64,000 nt of DNA, taken from positions 1 to 64,000 of the forward strand of contig NGBS01000906.1 in assembly GCA_002245135.1 (NCBI GenBank). Reading direction: 5' to 3'. Made by a program: the position numbers and the translations under genes. Positions within the stretch are counted from its first letter, which is position 1; the number at the start of each line of letters is the position of its first letter. The notes under the pieces were generated by a model, which did no database searches, had not been told where the DNA came from, and saw only the letters and a program-made list of their open reading frames with translations. Shown one piece after another: positions 11,618 through 26,161 of this stretch. This DNA comes from Proteromonas lacertae. Taxonomy: Eukaryota.

Positions 11618-14600
11618 TTAATATTCATCTTCATAATCATCAATTATTCCATTCGATCTTCTTTCAAATTTTGATAATGGTGGAGAAATAATATTACTAC
11701 TTTCAATTTCATTCAATTTATATGATTCATCAGATATATGATGTTTTATCACATTTTTACCTATTACATTATTATTATTATTATTATTTCTATTGTTATT
11801 AACTGGCTTAATTAACATTTTTTTATGTAAATTATTACCAAATTTCTTCCTTCTTTCAGCTGCAGAGATTAATGCTGGATTCTTATTATTCACTATTACT
11901 GTATTATTATTATTAATAGTAATTCTCTTTGATGTATTTAGTGGCTTTGGAATATTACTCATCTTGACATTTCTTACTGGAATTCTTACTGGTTTAGCCA
12001 TTGTTGGTTTTGTTGTTTGTTTTACAACTATTTTTCTCTTTATTTGTTGTGGTTGTTGATGATTTTGTGATGGTCTTGAAGTTGTGGAAGTAATGACTGA
12101 ATTCTTATGAACAATTATACTATTTCTCTCACTATTTCTTTCACTATAATTACTCTTATATTTTGTATTAATTATCTTATCATCATCATCTATTTGTGGT
12201 GGTAAAGTGGAAGAATATTTTGGTTTTGAATTATTATTACAATATTTCCTTTCATTATTATTATTATTATTGTCATAATCAAAAATAGAACCAACTGTTA
12301 AAGTCTTTCTATAATCTTTCATTGAATTTTGTAAAGTCATCAAATCTTTATTTTTACATATTCTCTTCAATTGAGCTATTTCCATTTCTTTATCTTGTAA
12401 TGATTGATGTAAAGCATTTTTCTCTTTTGTTAGTCTAATTACTTTCAATTTATTGTTTTCTAATAATCTTGACATTTCACTTCGATTTTCATTGGAGGAT
12501 ATTTCTTCATTTTTCTGTTGGATTTCATATTCTAATTCTCTTATTTTCACTAATGAACTTTGTAATTGTTTTGATATTTCACTATTCTGTAACTTATGTT
12601 CAATTGTTAATTGACTTATCTCAAGCTTTTGGTTTGACTTTATATTGTTTATTTCTGATTTATAAGAATCTATCATAACTTTTAACTCTTCATTTTCTTT
12701 GGTTAATTTCTTAATTTCACTATTTAAACTCTGAATCATTTTATTATCTTTTTCTTTTTCTTTTTCTTTATTATTGTTATTGTTATTCATTATTGGTTCA
12801 GTTTTTTTAATCATTTTATTACTCATTCTATCATTCTCTATCATTACAAATTGATTGATAAAATTCAACATTATAAAATTATCATCAATATATTCATTCT
12901 TGGGTTGTAAATTACATATAAATGCAACTTTACTGAACGAATCTGACAGAATTGTTGTTAATTTACTATTCCTATATGGTATATGCTTTAATCGTTTATC
13001 CATTGCTATTATGACATCAGAAATAGCATTTTGGACTTTAGTGACAGATTGTGATTCTTTTACTTTTGCTTGATTCGATTTATTCTTTTTATTTACTTCT
13101 CCATTTCCTAAATCAACGAAATTGATTTTATTTTTTATGATTTTTTCACTATCATTCAATTTCTGTTCAATATTAACTGTTACAATCAATTGTGAAAATG
13201 GATTTTTATATTTTTCAATTATTTTATATATTATTTGTTCAAAATGTTCAATTTTTTTAATTGGTAGTTCATTTATTCCATTTAACACATTTCCTATAGT
13301 GGAAGAAATCTTAATTTTCGTTGGTTCCGTTGATAATAAATCCGTTACATCTTCATTAATGATATTACATACAGTAAATGAAATATTATAACTTTTAACA
13401 TCACTACTGGAAGATAATTTATTGATTAAATTATCAATTATTAACGTACTTATTCCTCTATTATTCTTATTTCCAAATAGTGTATAAGTTTTCCCACTTT
13501 TCTCCAATCCACAGCTGAAGATGGAAATATTATTTCCTTTTAATATGGAGATTAATAATGAGGAGATTATTTCCATACTTATATCTTCTTGATTATCTAC
13601 TGTATCTTTATCAATAAATACTTTATCAAATGAATAATTGATCCATTTATCATTCACATAATCTAATAGAGAAATATTATTATCAGAATATTCGTAACTT
13701 TTTACTGTTAATTTTGGTGTTACAACATTCGATCTTTTCCCTTTGTTCAAATTATTATTATTATTATTATTATTTACTCTTAAATAGAAGAACATATTAT
13801 TTGATTTTAATTCAGATATTTTGTAGAGTAAATCATTGTTTTGTTGCTGTATTTTCATATATTTTGATAGTAAAGAATCGCTCTTTGATTGAGAATTATC
13901 TTTGATTAGTTTTGGTATTTTTAACTTCGTATTTGTATCAGAATTGATTTTATTTACCATTTCTTTAACTATATTGTATAGATCATTAGTTGATGTAACT
14001 TCATTCAATTTTGAGATTTTATTCAGAATATTCTAGAATACATATTAATACAGTGTATTATACTTGTATTTCTGTTTGATTGATAGTTGTTGTTGTTGTT
14101 GTTATTGGTGATGAATCAGGTGGTGCAAAGGGTGTTGTATTTGTTGAATTACTGTCTTTAGTTGTAGTTTCATCATCAGGAAATGTAAAGAATAATGGCA
14201 AAGTATTAGTCTATTAATAATATAATATAATATTTAATAATAATATATAATACTGATCTTAAACTCTTATTAATTTGATCTGAAAGTGTTATTGTTTTAT
14301 TAATTGGTTGTCTGATTGGAATAACAGTTTTAATTGGTGTAGAAGGTTCAGATACAGATAATGAAATTCCATTCTAAATAAATATAATTCAATAATATAT
14401 ACAATATCAAATGGTATTTCAATAAATGAAGTTGATATTTCTAAATATCCATTATTCATTTCTATTTCACTACCTCCAATTTCGACCTTTGTATTTACTG
14501 GAATATATTCATGTTTTAATAAATGATCAGGTGGAATATTGATTTTACATATATCAACATTATTATTATTATATTTCATTTCGATTATGAATGAAGAGAT

Positions 14601-17600
14601 ATAGGATGAACGAATTACACTTGATGATAGAAGATTCATCCATTTAGTCTTAAAAGAAGGTGACTATAATGATTAAAATAATTAAAACAATATATGTATA
14701 TATATATATACAGTAATATCCATTGAAAATGGATCATAAGATGGTAATGAAATATCAACTCTATAAAAATACAATAAAATACACAAAAATACAATGAATC
14801 TGTATTAGGATCATAACATACAATAATCTTATTGGATAATAATAAGAATAAATATTGTTTCTTATTTCTAGTATATAATTCAGAATATTCTATATTATTA
14901 TATTCTAAAGGTTTATTTTTTATAGGAAATTGAAAACTAATTGGTAATATTGGATTTGAACCGATGTTATAATATTCACTACTTTTTAAGCCATATTCTG
15001 GTATTTCAAATATACTATATATATATATATATATTATAATAATTAATATTTTATACACTGGAGAATTATCTATTAATAATGACTGTAATCTAGTCCATGT
15101 TACTTTCTGTGATATATTATTAATACAATCCAATATTTCAATAAACAAATTACATTTTAAATCCAATATTTGATTCTTAATATTATTATTATTATCTTTA
15201 TTGATTTCAGTAATAAAAATATCTAAAAAACTAAACTTAGAATTTAAAGGATTATTCATAACGAATATAATTTTTGAAACATCATCTAAAAGTTGATATT
15301 TAAATGTATTGAATATTGATCTTATATTAGAATAAATATTAGGTTTTTGTCTTATAATAATTGAATAATCACTCCAGTAATTTATAGATAATGAATTTAT
15401 TAAATCATTTAATAATAAGTATAAATCATGATAGCAAGTTGAATTTACTATAAAACTAGAGTTTGGACTATTATATAATTGATTATCTAAGATGCTTTCC
15501 ATTTCTATTTTATTATATATTTTATCATAACTTTGTCCACTTTCAACATCATTTATTTCAATGTTAAATATCTTACTGGATGGAGTGTATAAAATTCTTA
15601 CATAGAATTTCTCTATATTTGAATATAATCTGTAATACTTTTTACATTTTAATGTTAATTTTGATTGCAATACTTGAATCTATATATATAAATAAATATA
15701 TTATATAATATATATAACTATATACATCTTTTAAGTTACTTAGATAATTCCAAGTTTCTTGAGTAATTTCATTATTACTAATTCCATATGAAGCTAATAC
15801 ATATCGATAATAAAACACGATTTGTCCAAATGGATTAACTATATTCTCAATAATATCAATACCTATACAAACAATAACTATTATAATAAAATATACTTTG
15901 ATAATAATCTTGAATTAGATTATAATATTCATTTTGATCATATATTAACACAACAATAAACTGATCAATATCTAATGATATATTGTTATTATTAATATTA
16001 CTGTTGTTATATATCTGATTATATCTATCCACTATTGCATCCCAACTGTTTAGTGGATAATTTGAATTTAGTGTATAAATAATTTCCACTAACTTTTTAT
16101 TATAAATTTCATAATATTCATCAAAGTTAGGGATTAACTGCTGTTCTAAATATCCAATTAATATCTTATTATGATGAAATATGAGTGATATATAATCAGT
16201 AAAACACTCATCATATCCACTGTACAAATACTTTAAGAATGAACTGAATATAGTATTATTATTGATTATTTCATTACTGTTATCATACATTATTGAGTTA
16301 TAATATATGTTCTTTTCATTCCATTTATTCTTTTTTACACTATTTCTTATCTCCACAAATATCTTTGATAAAATGTCTTTTCTATTATTCTTAAAGAAGG
16401 TTATTAAATCTGTTTTCTTTATATTTGTCTTATTTGATTGGTTAATAGCGGATATTATTATATTTGCATCTTCATAGGAGAAACTGTAAGGTCTTTGAGT
16501 GATGATTCTATTGAATTGATTTATACTAATCGTATCTTCATTATTGGAAAAGAATATGAAATTAATATACTATAAATATATATATAATTATAATATATAC
16601 ATCTTCAAATGTGGAGTTGATATTTTCTTTTGAATCTAATGAGGAGGATGTTATCTTCACATTGGTTATAATATTGTATAAACAAATCATATCAGTAGAT
16701 TGTTGGAATAAATCATTATTATAAGAATGTAAAATATTACGATTTGGATCTTCTAATATACAATAAGCATCGTCAAAATACTATTTAAATAAATAATAGG
16801 AAAAAAATAAATAGAAAATATGTAATACTTTTTCAATAATATTTGGTATAAATTCTACAGCTTTATCATTCTTTTCATTCATCTGATTAATCTCTTCTTT
16901 TGACATATTATAATGTTCCAATACATTATTCGATATTATTTTATAATATAACGGAAACTGGATAGATTTCTCATAACAATTTGGACAATATTGATACATC
17001 AATTCACTTAGACAAGTATGACATATTATATTATCACATGTTGTACATTTATATAACTCATCTTCTATCTCATTTTGTTGTAAAACACTTCTACAAACAC
17101 AACAGAATAATGACTGTTGAGATGTGGTGATATTCTGAAAACTGGAAGTATGATGATTACGAGTGTTTAAGATATCTAACAATAAGAAATTATAAGCGCA
17201 ATTTATATCAATATCATCATCAACAAAGTCCTATAAAATAATTCATTTATTAATAATATATATATATATATATACATCATAAAAATATTGTGATATTGTA
17301 GTATAATATCCAGAACAATATGTCATTATATACATTATTTCTAAATGTGTTATATATACACCAAGTGATTGAAATTCTTTGGATATTTCATTGATTCTTC
17401 TATCATTGAATAAATCAAATGATATTATATTGGTTATTGTACTGATATTGAGTGTAGACATTACTGGTAGAGTGATTGTATCTTTATAATATAATTTGTA
17501 ATTACTTTTAGCTATTTTAAACTTTAGCACTGAACGTAAATATAATTTTCTGTAGAAATTATTGTATAAGAAATTCGAATTATTCTATTGTAATATATAT

Positions 17601-19841
17601 ATATAATAATAATTACATACAGTTTTAATAAAGTAATTATCAGGAATTCCTCTATCTATCATTATTTCATCACTGCTATTCTCTAATTCATTGTTATACC
17701 CTTCACAGGTGAATAAATCTCTACCTCTGTATATATTCAAATCAATAATTCCATCTTTTACATATTTAGTGTAAATCACATCATTAATATTGATTTTATC
17801 CACAAACTGTTGCTTGATTGTATTTAAATACTTCCTTTCATCCGCTTGAGTGTATAAATCTGTGATATCTTTAACATAATAATGAATTCTATCTAAAGAA
17901 ACATCTTTTAATATTTGATCGTTTATTTCATTGATATTCAAACCACTTTGTCTGATTTCATCTTCAAATGTTAAAAAGAAGAATCGATCTGTTTGATTTC
18001 GCAATGATAATGATTCTATTATTGTTGGTATTGGCAAACGTTGTTTGATTATTTCATCTGTTATTACATCAACACTATTCTCATAATTTACTATATATAA
18101 TAATTATTAAAAATATATACGTTTCGCATAGTAATCATCATGTAATTGTTGATTTGAGCTATTATTCTCTTTAGTGATAATAACAACATCGCAATCGCAG
18201 TAAAATGCAATATTATAAGATGATTGAATATTACGATAATAAGTAGTAGGTAATAGGTAATATTCATCAGGTTTAACTTCAACATGATAATATTGATGAG
18301 ATGATGCAGAATAACTATACATACATAAATAATTAAACATACTTTTTCATAGATTTTCGATCTTTTAGTTTAATCACTGTATTAGCTGAATCTATTTGTT
18401 TCTTTGTTTGTATCATGTGTAATCCAATTATATTACTGTCATTAGGATGGTATTTGACTCTACAGTCACTTTCATAATCTAATTAATCAAATTAATACTA
18501 ATTATAAATACATTGTATATATAAATCACATTTTCTACTGGTTGATGTAATTTTCACTTTATATTTATTATCATTTATATAATTGGTCTTACTATCTATA
18601 TTTCCACCATTAAAATCACTGTTCCAATCTCCAGATAGATAATATCGTTGATAACAGAGTGGTGGATTTATGAGACAATATAAAGTAGTGAAATATTTCA
18701 AAAATGATTTGAAACTGATGATAAAATGAAGTGATTCGTTAAAATTGGGAAATGCTGAAAATATATCCGTTTCTTTAATTTTAAAATTTTGTAATTCTTC
18801 TTGATTATTGTATTTTCCTTTACCATAGAAATTGGATTGTAATAATACAAACTCTGTTGACTTGATTACCTTCAAATCGATTAATGTGTAGATATAGTGA
18901 GGAATTAAACCGTTTAGATTGAATCTAATTAAATCATCATCTATACATAATATAATATAATTGGATAATAATTAAATAAATATACTCTCTGGATCAATCA
19001 TACAACCAATTAATTGACAATACTTCACTTTTCTTTCTGTTAGTTCTTTAAATGTGATATTCTTATCTGTACCACTACTATTGATTGTATTTTCGTGTAT
19101 TATCTCAACAGTATCACACATTAATCCCCAACTTAAATCAACCAGACTAGATTGCATTGTTATATGCAATTTTGTATTTTTCTTAAAGTCATAGTTTAAT
19201 AGTTTAAGATATGCCTTTTCTATATAGCAAGGCCATAATTCATTAATATCGTTACAATGAGAGTATAATAGTTCATATGGACAGGATGGTGGCATGACAA
19301 TAGTACTAGGAACATTAGTTTTTACCCTTTTTACTACTGGAAGTCTATTATCTATCACAATGTAATAAAAACAATTATCTTTGAATAATTTGATTATATA
19401 AATTCCATTTTCATTCAATAAATCGATATCTATGTTTTTTGGTTTGTAATATAGCTGTTTTATCAATTCTATTCGATTACTCAGCAGGAGTAAAGAATTT
19501 ATTAGGTTTCCATCACTTAACTCACCTTGTACAACACCACTAGTAGTATCATTAAACAAATGACCTGCGGAACAAAATGATTCACCTATTAGTGTGTTAT
19601 CGCTCTTTGTAAAATGTGGACGCATCCATGATATATGCTTACTGATATACGAAGAAGGGAAGCTTGAGTCTTCGTACATTAAGCCACTTTGCTTGATATT
19701 GCTCAAAATTTGCTCTATCTGTGTAAATATAATAAAAACAATTATACATACATTTCTATCAACATCAGCTTCAAAAGATTCCACTGTTTTATACGAATAC
19801 TTTTGATTGGAGTTTAAATCTAGCTTAAAAATCGTTTCCAT
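11618..19841 (-). CDS. Single ~2,500-aa gene: inactive calpain catalytic domain + calpain domain III + Cys-rich zinc finger + divergent kinesin motor + coiled coil
   Basis: 16 short GT-AG introns traced by hand join all ORFs from 19841 to 11618 in frame. Calpain motifs VVQGELSDGNLI and ELWPCYIEKAYLKL; kinesin motifs GLEKSGKTYTLFG and HIPYRNSKLT. Confidence 0.8.
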
Positions 19842-20057
19842 GTTCTTAATAGATAATTTTCACGTTTATAATTCTTTGATATGCTATTCAACTTATATCA
19901 ACTGAATGGTAGTTGAAAATTTTCAAAACTTTTTTTAAATTTTTAGTCTTTCAGATTTACATACATTCATATAAAAATCTATTCATTGTTGCTATAAGGC
20001 ACACAAGGGGAGAGTATGATAATTTCAAAAATATTTAAAACCCAATTAAACAAAAAT

Positions 20058-22060
20058 TTAAGGAAGGACAGTTTCTAAATAAACTCTAGCTAAATCATCT
20101 TTAATATGGTCAATAGATGTTATATCTTGTTTCATCCTTTCTATAATCACTTTCCTCTTGAAATGGCATTAAGGCAATTAACTCAATATCTGACTTATTT
20201 CCAACAAAAAAAGATATGTAGATTTTTCACTAGCAGCTAAATTGCATATCGCTTTAGCAGTTGATCTTTGTAACGGCATATTATTATCTAATTCATACAA
20301 TAAGCAAGATAGATATATACTAATAATGGATACTTGAAGTAAAGAGATTAATACATACAATCCTCCACTACTTACAATCAAATTCTTATATGAATTAGTA
20401 ATTGATAATGCACATAAAATATCAGTAAAATCATACAGAACTTGACCCATTGGGATAGATTGGCTTATTCTCACAATAATAGGAACATATTTCTCAATTG
20501 GCATTGACTTAGTCTCTATTATATTGGTGATATATTTAATCACATTTCTTTGTAAATTTTCATTACCATTTTGTAAGCAAAGTATTAATGTGTCTAATGA
20601 AATATGTTTCTTTTCAACGAGTGATTTTATTATATTACAAACGATTGTAGTTCCTTCAATTTCAAAGGATAAATCAATGAGGAAGTTAATTATTGTAGAT
20701 TCTGTAATAATCTAAACAAATAGTAGAAAATGAAAAAATAATTATACATTATATCCTTTTGGTATTGTTTCTATAAGTGACTAAACAATGACCAATCAAA
20801 AATGAGAATTCATGAATATAATCACCTTCTTCTGCATATTCTTCTGAATTTGACTGATCCTGTAAATCTCTTATACAATCTTTTATAAACTATATATATA
20901 TATATATATATATATAACAATAAAAATATATAAAAAAATACTTTCAATAAAACATCAATTTCAATAGAAGATAAAAATATTTGACCATCTTTTGGATTTT
21001 TGTCAATTTCTTTAAGTAGAAATAACCTAATTTTTGTATCAGCTGTTGGTAAAAGTGGAACTAAATCTAATAATTCAACCTTCTTTTCTTCTTCTCTTTC
21101 TATTGCTAAAGTCTTTAATAAATTATTTGTATTATAGTAAAAAAAATATAGTAAAAGAAAACAATAAAATAACTAGAAAAAAAAGGATATTTCAACATTT
21201 CTATCTTTAGATTTTGCCAAGAATCTCAATACACTAATTCCTTTATCTTTTAAAAATATTGTTCTATATTCTTTATCACTACAGAGTGAACTACATAAAT
21301 TAAACATCAACACATGATCATCTAATGATATACGATTAATAACATCACAGATTGAGTTTATTATATCACTAAAATATATTAAAATAAAAGTGATATAATA
21401 CATATTCAACTGTTGTTCATCTTCTTCATATTGTATGTTTTGAAAGTGTTTATAATAATATTCCAATGTATTTCTTAGTAGTTTTCCTGTTGCACATCTT
21501 AGAATTTCTAATAGAATTGGTTTGAGTGGTTTTAAATCATCAAATTTCTTTGAATCGATTAAATTAGAAGCTGTCATTATGAATTTTGACTATTTCATTA
21601 GAAAAAGCAAGGATATTTATACTTGTAAATTACGATATTCAGTTATTAAATCATCTGAACTCTCTATTTTCACAATTTGTTTTTCTAAATTATGTAATTA
21701 AGTGAAATACGATATTCTATTTTCACATATAAATGTTGATTTTCTTTTAAAGAATCACCAACACATAAGTCATCTGGTAAGAGATAACCTTCTTCATCAT
21801 CAACTTCAGTACATTCAGCACTAGCATACTTTGTCAATGACAGAAAATTAGTAGCAATTCTAATAATATAATAAACTCACAATACTTTGTTTTCAAATCG
21901 TACACTGTCTTTTCATTTTGAACTGCTGTCTTGAATAAAGTCTCTCCAGCATGTATGTACAACAATACCATTTATATGTATTGTTTCTCTCTTACTCAAA
22001 AATCGCAAAAGCTTGTCACAACGTTTGATCACGATTTGATCAAGCCGTTTTTCATCTATT
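20058..22060 (-). CDS. Armadillo-repeat-like protein, multi-exon; 5' end uncertain
   Basis: IVSSGGLYVLISLL...LQRSTAKAICNLAASEK and IFLKDKGISVLRFL helical repeats. Stop at 20058. Confidence 0.6.
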
Positions 22061-22236
22061 TTTTTATAATTCTTAATTCAGCCACAATAGAGCAATAAAT
22101 ATTTATATGTTATTTGTCCAACAATAAAAAAATTTTATTTTTATTAATGCAACCAAAAAACAATGATAAAGAGAGTATGATTGTTATTTTGTTTATTTCA
22201 TAGTGTTAATCGATATAAAAGAGGTACTCTCCCCAC

Positions 22237-25200
22237 ATGAGCCTAAGTCAGCGCCTAGAGGTGTTCCAAAGGTTAGATTTAATCTACTTTCGAAAAAAGA
22301 GCGTATTATTTACTAGAATTATTTTTGCATTAGCTGTATATAAGAAACTATTTGGTTCACCTATAACCAAAAGGTCTCACTCTTCCAATAGCAAGTTATT
22401 TTTACCAATTTATGATGAGTTTCTGGATGAAGCTTCTAAAGAAGCAGCATTTCATATTATCTCATCCTGTGTTCCAAGATACATGTACAACATAATACCA
22501 ATCCAATCGTTTCACACATATACCACCAGGTTACAAAACATGTGAAGCAATTATCGGGTTTTTCGATTTTACAGGTTATACACGTCTAGCAGAGTTACTA
22601 AGTCAAAGAGAAAGACGAACCACGTTTGGTAATAGGATGGATCGTTCTAGAAGTGCTTGTATTGGAGCAGAAGAGTTAATGAAAGTATTGAATGACTATT
22701 TTACTGAAATAATTCGAATAATTCATGATAATGGTGGAGATGTAGTTAAATTTGCAGGTGATGCAGTGTTAGTATGGTGGCCAATAGAAACTGATTCAAA
22801 TCGTACAAAATGGAGTTATGATATAGATAATCCACAGAGTTATAATTGTGGTAAGAAAGTAAGAAATAAAAATGATAAAAAAGACAATTCAAATAATAAA
22901 GAAAAAGAAAAAGAAAAGAAGAAAATGCAGAAGAAGATGATGACAGTGATTATGAAGATAATAATGAAGATGTATTAAAAGAAATTAAAACAAAACTATC
23001 AGAATCAGCAATAATCACATGTTATAGTATAATCCGTAGTTTACATCGACTAAATAACCAACATGATTTAGAATTGAAAATAAAATTAGGTCTAGCATTA
23101 GGTGAAACAACATTCCTTTTATTTCAAAGTAAAGAATATAAACGAAATGAATGTCTAATATCTGGAGATGTAATAAGTACTGCAGGTCTAATGGCTGAGA
23201 AATCGAATAGTATTTACATAGGAATAGCTGATGAATTGTTTTCTTATATTCCTGATGTGAATATACTAGGACCACTAGTAAAAATAGATGGTGGATATTT
23301 AATAAAGAATGATATAGATTTACCTATAGGTTTTATTCCTGATTATAATTATAGTAACAGCAATTATAGTAATTTCAATCAATTGAATGAATCAAACCAT
23401 TCATCAAGCTTTTCACCATCAGCAAGTAAATCAGTTTATAAAAGTGAAGACAAGATTGTTCCTCTACTACCAAAACTACAAACATATAAAACATCAGTAG
23501 CTTATTGTCAAACATCCATACCATTTCAAATCCAACCAATTCTATTATCTTTTATTCCACTCTCTATTAGAGATTCACTCCAAGCTGGTCCTGGTTCAAC
23601 TGAAGCTACAAGAGTCAATCGTCATGTAGATGCTTATACAGGTTGGATATCTGAAATTAGAAGATTATCTATTATGTTTATATTATTTCCAACACTCAAA
23701 TGTTCTCCAGATCAATATGAGATAGTAAATGATACTTATCAAATAGTAATGAAAGCAATAAAACCAAGAAAAGGAATATTAAGACAATTTATAGTGGATG
23801 ATAAAGGATGTGTAATGATATGCGTATTTGGATTGAATTCTGTTTTAGGTTATTCATCTTATGCTGTAAAATCAGCAATGGAAATATTAGAACAATTAGA
23901 AGATATAAATGTTCCAATTTCAATAGGAATAACGACTGGAATATGTTATTGTGGAGTAATAGGAAGTGCGAATCGATGTGAATATACAATATCAGGAGAT
24001 ATAGTTAATTTATCAGCAAGAATAATGGTTCAAGGTAAGAAAATGATGAATCAATACAATCGAGATAATATAATATTATGTGATGAAGAAACAAGAAATG
24101 ATTCAAAGAATTTAATATATTATGAATATAAATCAAAGATAAAAGTGAAAGGTAAAGAAGTATTGATTAATATCTATGAACCATTTGAATTAGTATTTAT
24201 TGGAGGTGAAGAAAATGAATATGTAACCGATGAAGATAAGAAATATATCCATCCAGAAATATGGCGTGCTGGAATTCATTCTAAATATCAACGTACTTTA
24301 CAGGATGTAGATGGAGAAAATATGTTGTATGGTTCTAAATTTGGAAAAATGAAAAGAACGAGGAATTCTATTCATAGTTTACCTGTTAGTCAATCTCATT
24401 CTCCACTACCTGGCACTTCAACTCCAATAGTGGATAAAAGGAATTTAACTGATCCAAAAGTGATGGATATTCAGAATAAAAAGAATTTTTCAGCAACTTC
24501 TCCATTACCATTTAGTAATTTAAGTAAATATGTAATGATGAGACCATCTTCGTCAGCTAAGATTGGCTCAGAAATTGATCTAATAGATCCTACTACTGCA
24601 TTGAATAATGGTGTTGAAATATCAACAGATCTACAATCATTATCTTCTCCTCCTCATCCTCCTGCTCCACCTTCATCTGTTAAACAAACTAAACCAATAT
24701 TGAAATCATCACCACCATTATCACCTCCTCCACAACCATCACAAGATAATAATAATAATAATAGAAACAACTCTGAAACAGTATCAGTAGATAATAATTC
24801 AGAAGTAACAAGTGCTAAACATAGTAGTGAAATAATCAAACATGACTCAAGCTCAAATGGTGAATATCGAATCAAATCAATGGCAGTTGCAGCTTATGCA
24901 TTAAAAGCAGTTTTTACATTAGGTTCATCTGTACAATTAGCAAAATACTTAGAAAGAATGACTTCTTTACCATTAATGATATTAAAAGTATGTTCAGTTG
25001 TAGCACTATTCCGTAACAGAATTCACTTTGTTTTATTAAGTGATATTTTACCAATGAAATCATTTAAACCATTACTCAAAGCAACATTAGATGAATTGGT
25101 TGAAACAGGAATATTAGTAACATTAGATCCAAAGGCAACATCTCCTCAACATAGACAACAACATCAACATCATCGACAGCTCTTTGAAGATCAATTAAAT

Positions 25201-25995
25201 AATACTAATAATACACTGCCAAAAGGTAATAAACGAAGATCTAAACAAGAAACTGATTCTGTAGTATTATCAGATTTCTTACTCGAAGATAGTAATATGC
25301 CAATATATCGATTCAAACATGAACATGCAATAGAAGTTTTACATGAACAACTATTATCATCACAAAGACAAGATTTACACAATGCTGTAGCAACTTGGTA
25401 TGAAAAGAGTGTAGGAAATAGACTTAGTGAGATGGAAAGTCAATTATATGCTGTTATTGCTTACCATTGGTCAATGTCACCTGAAGAAAGAATTGCCTTA
25501 GCAAAATCAGTATTATATATGCATTTAGCAGCTAAAACAGCTTTGAGAGAACAAGCCTGGCATTCTGCGATAGATTATTTACTAAAAACATTGGAATTAT
25601 TAGATGCAAATAAGAAATATGGATTGAATGGATTTACTATTGCATTTGATGCTCCATTAGCACATTGTTATTTAGCTCGAGCTTATAGTCAAATTAATGA
25701 TTATGATAATACTTTAAAGCATATAAAATTATCATTTGAATCATATCATGCTCCTATTCCTTCGATTAGACATGATGTATACTTTGAATATGAAGGAGTG
25801 ATGCATAATTATTCGTTAAATAAAGGATGTAGTTGTTTTAAAAAGAAAGTGAAGTATTATCCGACTAATACCACACCAGTTGAAGATATTATATCGTTGT
25901 ATGAATTGTATATTCAACTGAAGAATAATACGAAGAAGAAACAGTGTGTTTCGACTAATCCATCATCATCTTTATCATCAAGATCAATGGTGTAA
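22237..25995 (+). CDS. Soluble adenylyl cyclase (ADCY10/sAC)-like protein: two class III cyclase domains plus C-terminal helical/TPR-like region; two frameshifts near 22520 and 22915
   Basis: C1 motifs FFDFTGYTRL and GDVVKFAGDAVL; C2 motifs FIVDDKG, EYTISGDIVNLSARIM and IKVKGK; distal YRFKH...QRQDLHNAVATWYE...AYHW. Confidence 0.85.
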
Positions 25996-26161
25996 AAGAG
26001 AGAGAATTCTTTAGATATATCTTTTCATTTTTTTTTAAGCAAAGTATCGTAATTTGATATTTAAACATTTATTATTTGTCTTTGTTATTTAAACATTATA
26101 TATATTAAAAACCTTCAAATAATTAAAAAAATACATAAAAGAATAAATAAATTTACTTAAT

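Noticed and set aside
11618..14008. Stand-alone 796-aa kinesin gene
   Set aside because: It starts at TTG and is joined in frame to upstream exons by intron 14033-14063.
14289..18875. Alternative genetic code (stop read-through) to explain fragmented ORFs
   Set aside because: The stops fall inside GT-AG introns; long intronless ORFs use the standard code and end in TAA/TAG.
20891..20915. (TA)n, (TAA)n and (CAA)n tracts as CRISPR or mobile-element repeats
   Set aside because: Simple microsatellites in introns or poly-Asn/Gln/Thr coding runs; no repeat-spacer structure anywhere in the window.
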